A stretch of DNA of 62,437 nt, the filler included, from Sphacelaria rigidula (Eukaryota): assembly GCA_964200075.2 (NCBI GenBank). It is 7 parts of 7 records of this genome, joined end to end, with 100 filler letters (N's around TTAATTAATTAA, not from the genome) between each part and the next. Parts side by side here need not be neighbours in the genome. Positions count along the whole stretch, not along the records: positions 1 to 8,834 come from CAXNAA020009986.1; positions 8,935 to 17,768 come from CAXNAA020009987.1; 5 more parts are not named here. One strand, given 5' to 3'. Below the pieces are notes generated by a model. It saw only the letters and a list, made by a program, of their open reading frames with translations, was not told the DNA's origin and did not search any database. Below, one piece after another: positions 1 through 10,650 of this stretch. The translations under genes and the position numbers were made by a program. Positions within the stretch are counted from its first letter, which is position 1. Every line of letters begins with the position of its first letter.

Positions 1-870
1 GATGTATCATTTGGCTGTTGCAATCCGTTGCGCAGGTGTTGAACGTACAAAGAGAGAATTTTGTATGTTGAGAAGTACCTCGTCTTGGATGTGAGGGACG
101 ATGAGTCACGAATGCTCTGGAATTTAACGTTTGCTGACATTTCCGGTTTCGAGCCGATGAAGAGTCAAGAAACTTGTTTTGGGCGAAGATTTGAGAATTT
201 GGCGCTAGCTATCGCTTTGTAACTCGAAGTGGTGCAAGTAGCGTGATTGCATGTTCATGATGGACGATATTTTTTTGGGATCTCTTGCGAGTTGTTCGGA
301 AGTAGGGCAAGCTTGTATGGAGCTGTTGTCGAAAGCAGCGGAAGAGATTTGTAATCTTTGCGGAAAAGACGGTACTATCAGGCACCAATGATGTCTGAGT
401 TTGTCAAGCTCTGATGTAACTACTTGTTGGTAGTAGAGAGCTTTGGGGGTGCTGTAGACCCTAGCCACCATTGTTACCTAGGGACATTTGTAGGTGGAGT
501 TGCGGGTCTGATTGCCGGACTCTGTGATGGTGACCTCCATGACGAGTAGGCTTGATGTTTCTACTCTGGTGGAGACAGGCTATGGTCCTGTTCTCTTGTA
601 CTATGCTGAGGGTTAATACATAAATAACTAAAGCTGCTGAAGTCCATGTACCCGTGATGGGAGGAGTCCAGATGGCACTCTGATTTTGAGTAACAGAAGT
701 CTACACACAACTCCGGCCGTGGTCTCAACATACATGCAGGTTCGGCGCAGAAGTTCGCCAGATGCATCTCGTTTCCGTCGGTGGTGAAAACATGAGTGTC
801 TGAATAGCAAAGATTTGTATTTGACGACAGTCGACCCTGTGTAGCAGTGAGTGCGGGTCATCATTCAATC
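1..870 (-). mobile_element. Degenerate non-LTR retrotransposon (LINE) coding remnant
   Basis: C/A-rich minus strand with broken frames. Around 400-490 it reads ...SLGNNGG*GL.../ALYYQQVVTSELDKL, resembling the post-RT 'PxxxGGLGL' LINE motif. No intact RT motif seen. Confidence 0.3.
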
Positions 871-889
871 CGCGGTATCAAAACGGACA

Positions 890-966
890 CCGTGTACCAG
901 GGGACAGAGGTGTTGATCCCTCAAGATCACACAATAGTCCCGGGGAAGGGGAGGGTTTGCAAGCGT
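890..966 (+). mobile_element. 3'-tail fragment of SINE/LINE family B
   Basis: gtgtaccaggggacagaggtgttgatccctcaagatcac...gtcccggggaaggggaggg aligns with 9020-9097 and with the reverse complement of 40040-40120. Confidence 0.6.
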
Positions 967-3900
967 GACCACCAAGAGAGAACGAACAAAACAAATTGAC
1001 TCCACACTTCGATGCACACCAAAGCGCACGAGGCGGTCATGCTTAGCACGTCAGACCCGGGCGGCATTCCTAGGGTGCTCTCGGTAAACTGCGCGTTGCA
1101 CAACTGGGCAATTAAGTGTGTTGCCCAAGCCGCCGAACACCTAGGAGTGTCAACCCTCAAAAATACCGGAACGCCACGGTCTAGACGGAGAAACACGTAT
1201 TCCTCAACCATTAAACGTGACAGCCTCAACTCTGCTGAAGGGCGATAGGGACTCTTAGGTGAATAAAGCCTGGTGTAAGGGGAAAATCCAGAATGAAAAA
1301 CATATCCGCGTGAACGGGACCAACAACATTTTTTTTCAAATCGATAACCATGTCCTACTTCCTGAAGTTAGTCCGCCTGAATGACAGACTCTACAGCGAG
1401 GGCACCCCAAGCCTTAGGTTGCAGCCCATACTCACGGGAATAATATGTCTCGTCTATTACAGGTCGTCAATCCGACGACATCTGGAAAAGTTACAACAAC
1501 GACTCTTTAGAAATTGACCATCCAACTAAAAAGGTTCCGTCTTCTGCTCGTATCCACCCATGAATATTCCAAAAAGGCGTGCAAGTTCATCGTATGTTAT
1601 CGGATTGAGAAAAATAGACGTGGTACACCGTTTCCACGCACGAGTAAGGGAAATTCAATCTTTGTTCCGAGTGCGTTGACTGGTTACTCCACAGTTGACG
1701 TCGAAACTGCAGAAAACTGGGATCCATGATCCTCGATATTGTACAAGAAAAGCAGAAAAAATGTGAGGGTCTGGTTTACACGAACATGTTCTTAGATGTG
1801 CCGCACAAATCATCGACCGCACATATGGCAAGTACCAGGAAGTAGTACAGACAGCTGACAGAAGCAGGGCTAATAATTATCAAGGCTGATAGATATCAAA
1901 GGGTGCGCCGCGACTGCCGCAATGCACCGGGCCTCGGCCTCATGGCAGCAGCGCCCTTATTGTTGTGGACTGTATAATCCCTTGCGGTTGATGCTGGAAT
2001 ATGGCTGATCTAGCCCGTAGCGTAATAACTGGTATGGGGAGGGTACCGTACTGTCTGTGGTTTGATCCACCTGTCGGTCTGCTCTGCTGCATCTAGGGGG
2101 CATCTTTTGGCAGATGAGGCTATATTTCAACAACTGTACTGTTCACTGGGGCAGAATTGCGCAGCTCCACAGCAGTAGGCTGCGACGAGCACGCAAGCAC
2201 GCCCAGGTGTACCGTACCAGAAAATGGGAGTAAGCGGCCGCAATTATAGATTGATGGCAGCAGATGCAGCTTTACGCCCATAGTGCCTGGCGATGCATTA
2301 GCTCCTTCAAGTAAGGGTACGCCTTCTGCCAGTCGTACAGGGTGCATGCATGCTGATCGTGATCGGGTAGGAGCGTTGCGGCAAAACTGTCCTGCAGTAC
2401 TAGCGTTGTTAAGGGGCATCCGTCACCGACGGTACCAACAGCGCGTGGAGTTCGTGCTTAGTCTTCAAACTACATCGTTACCCTTGTTATTTAGACACGT
2501 TGGTCGCTATCTGAAATAAAACAGTATCTACCACACCGTGGGCAATAAATGACGTTGTCAAAAAGTGTACTGCGTACAGTATCGGTTATTGGGTCTATTG
2601 TAATAGACGATACATTCCATACTGTACGCGGTACACTTTTTGACAATGGAATTTCTTGTCCAGGGTGTGGTATCTGCAGACTCTTGGCTGGAAACTGTCT
2701 ACTCGTTACATTCGTAGAGTATTGAAATCTCCTTGCTTCGTGATCAACTATTTCGTGATAATGAACTTGCGAAGTTATCTGCTCTTCTCTCACTTGGGTG
2801 GTCGTTCGACCGTTTCCGGTGCGTCAAAGCCCCCCGCGGCATCAAAGTAATCTTTCACCAGCTGCAACCGTCGTTTGTCCGTTCGGTTCATCCATCCCAC
2901 GATTGCCTGGCTCGATACGGGAAAGAGTACCAACGGGACAGCGCGGGGAGAGGTGTGTGTATTCATGATCGTGCATGCCTTAGCCATCTGGCCATTGAGA
3001 GAGGCAGTGGGGAGGCAACCTCCCTTCCTCTTCAGCTCGAAAAACCTTGTGGATATTTACATCCATGAAGTGATGCTCTCGCCTTCCTGGGAACCATAGA
3101 ATAAATAGAACGATCAAAATCCTTGATTAGAATTGTCTCTCCCGAAGTCGCAAGCTAGGACAGTGGCGGACGCTGTTATTTTCTATTTCCGAGGCACGCT
3201 TACCTATGGCGTCGGAAGCTGTAATCAAATGAATTATGCTCTCGCCAAGTTTTTTTTTTCACCGACGTGGATATCCCCAACTGCGAGTTATTTTTCCTTT
3301 TCCCGTCTCCGAAGAAAAAAGTGAGCAACAGCAAAGCGAATAAGACTAAAAAGAGAAGAGCAAGAAAAGAAGAGAACACAAATCGGCGGCGGCCTCTGTC
3401 ACATGGTTTCGGGGGCGAAAAGGTGCCGCGCAGATACCACTCTCACACCCAATCGTAGACAACGAAAGGCCGTGGGAAAATATTGCGGCTCATCCACTAT
3501 GACCTCACGATTTTGGGTATGAAGGCTCTCATCCATAAAAGCTACGGAAGCAAAGGCACCAAACTGCTCAGGCATACACTGGCAGGAAGGAACACAAACA
3601 TCGAGAGAAAGATGGGGAACGGGGGAGTAGAGAACAAGGAGACTGCACAAGCGGTGAGAAATCCAAACGATTCAGAGCAGCAGAGCAGGTACAAATACAC
3701 ACCAGCGGGCACCGCATTACCACCGAAAAAGGACTAAATCAACAACCGATGGGGACAGACACGAGGGTACGTACTGGTATACAGCTTTCGGAAAATATCT
3801 GGCCCGTGCTGAAACCCAACACCCAACATGGTCGTCATCCATCTCTCCCGCAAACTTTCCATACAACGGCATTTCCCCCTGTAGATGTGGTACGATGCAT

Positions 3901-4276
3901 TCAATCCACATCTCGGACAGTGGAACCCAACACGAACATGAATACTCCAGCTGCCGCATGCCAAGCAACTATACCGGACGACTTACACAACATACATGAA
4001 ATAGCTCGAAATTCCTCGAGAATCAACCCCGAATTAATGCAGACGTTTTGAACGACAAGGATCAGCGTAGCCTATTGCTCTGCAAAAAAGATCAGGGGCG
4101 GGTAGGAGATGCTCTTTGGTGTTGGTCTTGCCCCCTCCCCCGCAAACGGTGGGAAACGTTATGGCGAACCACGTTTTTTTTTCAGCATTTTTAACTCCCA
4201 ACGTTCTACGAGTACGTGTGTATGTGTCGTGTGTTATCACTCCATCTATTTCTGGACGCCAGTGTACACCTCTCGG

Positions 4277-4682
4277 TAGAGCTCGGAAATGGCACCAGTT
4301 ATAACTGGCCATTATCAATATAATGGTAATAATGGTAATGGTTTTATGGAAAATTAGGATAATGGTTTCAAACCATTATTCACCGTTACCGGCTTTATAA
4401 GCCGTTACCGGCTACGTCTCTACATACAGCCCTTGAAAAGTGGTCCAAATTGAACGTATTTTTTGGCTCTCGTGAAGCCATATTCGTGTGAAAACGTGCC
4501 TCCCGCACGGCGGGGCCCTCCGGGGGCACCTCCGGCGGGGTCCCCTCTATCAGGGTTGTTTTTCGGCTCGCGGCTGCGCTGCTCGATGACCAAACCATTA
4601 TGTACCATTTAACTGGTTAATGAGTGCGCTACGCGTAACAATTCAACTGGTCAATGGTTAGACAAACCATTTCCGAGCTCTA
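4277..4682. mobile_element. Non-autonomous hAT-type MITE (406 bp)
   Basis: Perfect 16-bp TIRs TAGAGCTCGGAAATGG (4277-4292) and CCATTTCCGAGCTCTA (4667-4682). Perfect 8-bp TSD CCTCTCGG at 4269-4276 and 4683-4690. Subterminal AATGGT/ACCATT motifs. Confidence 0.9.
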
Positions 4683-5929
4683 CCTCTCGGTATTTATGTG
4701 GGCGCGTCAGTATAGAGAAACAGAACAGCTTCAGAACATGGACGGATACGCAAATGCACCAACGCAACGCCTTCTCCTTCCTATGGAACATGCTCGTGGT
4801 TCCCTTTCTTCCCCGTGTCTTCCACCATCACCCTCCTCCTGTGGGATCATGCTCGTTGTACAATCAGTCGAAGCTATAGGAAAATGGAGTATGACATACA
4901 GTGCGGTTAAGTCGCCCGCGACAAATCTGTCATCGTTGGAATATCTCGTCAATATATTGCGGTTAAATTCGACAACATGAAGGTAATACAGGGCGAGACC
5001 GATCGTACTGCCGAGCAGGGCTTTCCTTTCTTGCGTACTGGAGAGGACAAAATCGCGTTTGTTTCCCTCTTTTGTCTTCTTCTCTCATCTTTCCAATCGT
5101 CCCGTAAAATGAGATGTACAGACATACCTCTATATGAGATGATAATGGCTAACGAGCGTTCAGCCTTCATCGTACGGAGGCGTCCATGAGATTCATGCTT
5201 GAATTAGTGTACAAGACCCTCCGCACCCGCCCCGAGAGATGACTGTTCGGTCGAACGGCCGTCCTACGGGTTCAGTCCGCGTGGTTCGTGCTACATTATG
5301 TGTCGATTGTAATCGTACAGCCGCATTCAGGACCGTGTGAACGGACGCGTCATGGCGGGGGTCCTGCGATAGCTACGTTCACGACCGCTCGACAGCCGAC
5401 AAGGAGAACGCAGCCGCCATGTACTTAAGCAGAACCTCGCCCAACCACACCGGCATGCACTCGGCACGTGACCCAGTACTGCACGCGGTCACATGTGCAA
5501 ATCAATTGCGCCCGGAAGAATCTCGCCATGGCATGAGGATTAGATTGTGCCGCGTAATCGGACGTTTATCGTCAGCGTGTGTTGTCCGCGTCTTTTATCC
5601 GTGATAGCACATGACTCACCGGCTACTTCGTGACTGCGGTAATATTGTGAAAAATTATGGTCAGCGATGAGCATCGTTTTGATTTTTGCTTCAATTTGTG
5701 CTGCTGTGACAACATCATTCCGTCTGCACCCACGACCACGACCATGTTCCTGCCTACCTCGACTACCGACTATTATTCAACGGATCATGCGTCGATGAGA
5801 AATTCCTGTTGTCGCGGACACATAGCGCACGAGGTTCCACTATCGTGCTATGGCAGTTTTCGCCGTCGAAACCCATTGATATCGTCAACGCACATCAAAT
5901 TGAAGCGAGCGGTTCGGCGAGGACAGGGG

Positions 5930-6570
5930 CACGTCGAATTTCCCACGCGTTCGTGATTTCAAAATAAATTTAGAGCGGGTGCAGGGAGGTCGTCTACGCC
6001 GCGTCGCGAGCCCCGTCGAATTTTCCGCACGTCCGTGATTTCTACATAAATGTAGAGCGGGTGCAGGGAGGTGGTCTCTCGTGAGCCACTGAAAAGTGCT
6101 CTATTGAAACTCGAACTCGGCTGGCAGCACATATTGACGCCCCGGTTCGAGCCCTCGCCTAGCCGCTTCTTTTTCCCGCTCATGGTGCTCAAAAATAACA
6201 TGATTTTGTCACACCGGGGGTCGAGTTCAAGTCCTGGCTCGGGCATTTATTTTTCCCGTTAATGTTGCGGTATTAGAAGACAGCTTTTGAACATCGGGAG
6301 TCGCTTTTGTTTTCACTCATGCGACGACAAAAACAAAAAAGTGAAAAGTGCTTTACCAAGACTCGAACTGGGCGCTTTCTCCCCCGCTCATGATGCTTAA
6401 GTAGAATTCGTTTTCTTCACCTCGGGGGTCGAGTTCGAGTCCTGGCTCGGGCGTATTTTTTCCTCCCGTTAGTGTTGCGGTATCAGAGCCCAGTTCTTCT
6501 ACACCGGAAGTCAATTCTGTTTTTCTCATGCGACGACAAAAACCACGAATTGAAGAGTGCTCTACCGAGA
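5930..6570. repeat. Complex tandem repeats: an ~83-bp duplication followed by ~210-250-bp units with tRNA T-arm-like motifs
   Basis: cgtcgaattt...agagcgggtgcagggagg occurs at ~5932 and ~6015. Units start gaaaagtgct/gaagagtgct at 6091, 6343 and 6552. The two full units each contain gggggtcgagttc(a/g)agtcctggctcgggc and ctcatgcgacgacaaaaac. Confidence 0.75.
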
Positions 6571-6911
6571 ATCTTACGGGAGTTGATCGGGGTTAAGGTA
6601 GAAACAAACCTAACAGATCTTCCACTGTATGTAGTAAACAGAAGAAAAAGGGAAAAGAAGGAGCGATCTGAATAGCTACCAAGCGAGGGTCAAATCAAGA
6701 GCCCCCCAGGCACCCGCGCCGTTTTCCTGCAAGGGGCGTCGTTGTTCTTCATAATGCGTCGACAAAAACAACGTCAAAAATTGTTCCGCTGAGATCTCAA
6801 AGTCGGGTCTACGTTTCTTGCGACGCACTCGGTAACATTTGTGACCTCCACGATTTTTTTGGCACACCTGCAAGCAGTCACACAGTAACAGCCGTTTATC
6901 CTCACGTATTC

Positions 6912-6950
6912 TTAGGGTTGGGGTTTAACCCTAACCCTAACCTTAACCCT
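6912..6950. repeat. Short interstitial telomere-like (TTAGGG/CCCTAA) inverted motif
   Basis: ttagggttggggtt-t-aaccctaaccctaaccttaaccct. Confidence 0.6.
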
Positions 6951-7777
6951 AGTCAATCACGCAGTACCGGCCGGAACCGGCGCCAAAAGCGTCTCTTTCA
7001 TTCTTCTCGTGCGGTTGTTACACCGCTGCCGGTGTACATAATAATTAGTCCTCTGTTCAGCCTCCGCGTCAACACAAAAACACCAGCTGCAACAAAACAC
7101 GAGAGCTCGAATGCCGATGACGCGTCAGCCGTGACCCGCTAAAAAGGGGACCGCAGCCGGCCGAAGGCCGGCAAGGGCCCCTGTACAGAGAGTAATATTT
7201 ATGCTCCGCAACCTACGGTACAGAAATACGAGGAAAAAAATGGCCTCTCCTTTCATCCGATTATGTTTTGATTGTCTTCGGGAGTCTTCGCCCACAAGTC
7301 TGACTTTCCCTTCTTCATCTCCCCTACTAACCAGACCTTCAAGTGTGGGTTGTGTTACTTTCAGTCACCATCCTTCTTGGCCTGTGAGCATACATCACCG
7401 TATTTTTTGCGGAAAAATACTACCGAAATGTTATATTGAGGCTACAGTTGGCATACATCCATACTGCACGTACTCTGCACCAACAAAGCAAACCAGGAGG
7501 GTACTCACTACTTGTGGTCATGTTTCATGCCCCCGCTACCCGCCCCTTTCCCCCCTAAACATTAGGCGTTGCTTTGACCCACCATCCAGTGGTTACAGAA
7601 CCTAATTCTTCTCAGCTCACCTTTTCAGAAAACATTCGGTTTGAAAACGAAAAAATTGCCACGCCTCCTGGCCTGTGTATGCAATACGATCATCCATGCG
7701 TCATGGTCCACACCAGGAGAAGAAGGAGACGAAAAAAACAGCAAAAGAAAATTGCAACATAATATAAATAATCCTTG

Positions 7778-7830
7778 TTATTATCATCATTATCATCATC
7801 ATCAGCAGCAGCATCATCATCATCATCATC
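7778..7830. repeat. (CAT/CAG)n microsatellite
   Basis: Directly visible trinucleotide run. Confidence 0.85.
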
Positions 7831-8696
7831 GTATGGGCCATGATTCAAAATCATTTTTAACCATCTCGTGGATGATGGGCGGTTGGCAGAAAGTTACCGC
7901 ATGGCTCGTGGGGGGAAACGTCCATGGTTATGGTTCACACATATATGAAACTGCTGCGTTGTTGGGATTTCGACACAAAGTTTTCACTTGAAAATACACC
8001 ATACCAATATTATCTTTGTCTACCGTGGAAAACAATATATAGGATACGACTCCCCCGCCACTGAATGATACCCCCGGTGATGCATTTTCGGTCGTCGTTA
8101 ACACCATAGCAACGCCTCCAGTAATAGATCGGGGTACGGTAGAGGTCACTGGTCACATGACTATGGTATGCAAGATCATGACCCCGTTCTGGGCCGAACA
8201 TTCTCAGCAGGATGCAGCTCACCCTTCAGACGACTCGCCGAACACATCACGGCGCTTGGCGCTTGATGATTGCGAGCCTGATCCGGCGAAAACCCGGCGT
8301 ACTCCATGCCGGGTTTGTAGGGACACTAAGCCAACAGCTTCATGACTACGGCATACAAGATAATACGTACATACCTCACCCCTCCCCCCCCCCCCCCCCC
8401 CTATACGCCACCCCCGGGTCCCAAGATGCCATTCCCGGGGGTCATGCACACCGTCACCCACAGTACCCGATATTCTTGGTGACAGCAGTGCGACAGAGGA
8501 ACAACATGTCGTAGAAATATTATACTCGGTGCAGTCAGTAGTCATCACCCACGCATATGAGATCATTTGACGCCCAAGCATGGACACCGCACAAAATGAT
8601 ACTTTCAACGTGCTTCAAAATGTCATGTTTTAGCCACTTGTGTCATATTTCCCTACTACCTCACTAAGCTTCGCTGCCCCCTCCCCGCCCGCCCGC

Positions 8697-8834
8697 GCTC
8701 CGTCTCAAAAGGGATGTGTGGTCAATGATCAAAGGACGAAGCCAAGCAACAGATGATTACCCCCCTCCCCCCCACCCACCTGCTCCGTCTCGGAAGGGAT
8801 GCGTGGTCAATGGTCAAACGACAAAGGCAAGCAA
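8697..8834. repeat. 85-bp tandem repeat at contig end; the same family begins contig 4 (26803-26857)
   Basis: gctccgtct...gtggtcaatg(a/g)tcaaa...caagcaa starts at 8697 and 8782. A homologous cgtggtcaatggtcaaatgaccaaggcaagcaacaaatga is at 26803. Confidence 0.8.
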
Positions 8835-8934
8835 NNNNNNNNNNNNNNNNNNNNNNNNNNNNNNNNNNNNNNNNNNNNTTAATTAATTAANNNNNNNNNN
8901 NNNNNNNNNNNNNNNNNNNNNNNNNNNNNNNNNN
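8835..8934. other. Artificial 100-nt contig spacer (N44-TTAATTAATTAA-N44); identical spacers at 17769-17868, 26703-26802, 35637-35736, 44571-44670 and 53505-53604
   Basis: Identical six-frame-stop linker embedded in Ns. The segments between spacers are 8834 bp six times, then 8833 bp. Confidence 0.97.
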
Positions 8935-9116
8935 TGAGTTGCTTTATTCTGTGGTTTCGCCACTTCCAGAGACAGCCATGGCTTTTACACTGCCTCATGG
9001 GTGTCTACCCGCCGGACTGTACCGGGGAGAGATGGGTTGATCCCTTGAGACCACGGACTCGTCCCCAGGAAGGGTGAGGGGTTCAATGTGCGACAAATAT
9101 ATATATATATATAATA
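8935..9116 (+). mobile_element. 3' end of a retroposon sharing the family-B tail, ending in (AT)n
   Basis: gtaccggggagagatgggttgatcccttgagaccacggactcgtcc...ttcaatgtgcgacaaa followed by (TA)n. It matches the 3' end of the SINE at 40011-40348. Confidence 0.7.
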
Positions 9117-9392
9117 ATGAAGTGCTGGACGCCGAGCGCGCGGAATAGCTCAATGGTCGAGTGTTGGCTTCTCTGACCGCGCGGTCACGTGTTCTGTGTT
9201 TCCGGACCGACGAAACTGAAAGCCCTCTCGGATCACTTATTATTTTAGTTAGCTGATGAACTGTGCGATGTGTTGAAGCTTGTCTCCACCCATTACAGGG
9301 TGACGAGGAGTAAGTATGAAAACAGCGAGAGGAAACGCATCAGGAGTTTGTGACCCCGTTTCTCTCCCCCTTCCGCCTCCTGCCGTGTCCAG

Positions 9393-10581
9393 GAAGTCGT
9401 TCCGGAGGAGGACGAGGTCGCAACGGGCAATCTTTACGAGATGGTCCCACGTATGAGGATATCGGAGACCCTCTAGAGGCCAGGAGAAAGGAGAGACGAG
9501 AACGGAGGGAAAGGGACGGCGGTACGCACCTCTCTAAGGGTGGATCGGGATCCGGGCGGGGTCGTCAGTACATCACGTCTTTCGAGGTGTCTGACAAGGT
9601 GAACGGCGAACGGCTTTGTTGGTTTGCGGCTCGTCACGTCGTCCAGCTTTTTGATGGGGTGACGTGAATGTATGGGTAGATATGCGCGAGGGGTGTCGGA
9701 AAATTGAGGGAAGAACGCATTCTCCTGATATTTTATTTGTTTCATTTTTCACGCGTGCGCGTGTGTGTTGTTGATATTGCTGACTCGTCTTCGACCATAC
9801 GAATTGCTTGCTTGCCGTTTTCTGCTTCTTCTGCTGCTCTACTCGAAAATACCCAATCTCCTTGAAGTCCATCATGACCACCCACCCTACCTCCATGTCT
9901 TCCTTCCAGGCTGAGCCGGGATGAGGGCCGAAACTTTGTTTCCACCAGATACAGAACGCCAAACTGACCAGATAGAAACATGTGTGGTATCATGCTGACC
10001 CCCACGAGCAAGCGAACAGTGTGACATTGGCCATTTTGTTTCGTGCGTCCTTTGCCGTGGCGCTGGTAGTGAGAGTGTTGCTTGCCCAACCAGGGGTATT
10101 CAAATTGTTCTGAATTAAAACTGCGAATTTGAAACTCAATTTGTACCCACTCTCATCACGAGTCACACCTTGGTAACCGCCATCAGCCAGGGAATCTAGC
10201 GCAAAAAAACAGAGTTATTATCCAAAATGTGGTATTTCGGTGATCGGGGTATGTGGCGTCGTCGGATATCCACTGATAATGTGCGTCGAAGACCCAGAAA
10301 ACCCGTTGACGATTTCCTTGTACCTTGCGTAGAAGAGCCCCGATCGTCCTGAAACTTACTAGGTTGGTAGATATGGGCGCTATGGGTGGGAAAAAAAGTC
10401 GTTCAAGATTTTTTCGAAGTCTATCCACTCTCTACCGGCTTCCGAGATCCCAGCGTGAAGACTACCAGAAGCTGGTACAGATTGCTCCGAAATTGGAAAT
10501 TCAAATTTGACGCGTCCTGAGCTATTCGAGAAACGTCCGTTCAAAGCTTCGTTGCATAGCTCGAAAAGCTCATCCCAATTA

Positions 10582-10650
<69 letters not shown>

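Noticed and set aside
9131-9205. tRNA gene (GCGCGGAATAGCTCAATGG...)
   Set aside because: It has an A-box-like start but no proper T-arm or acceptor pairing. More likely a decayed SINE head.
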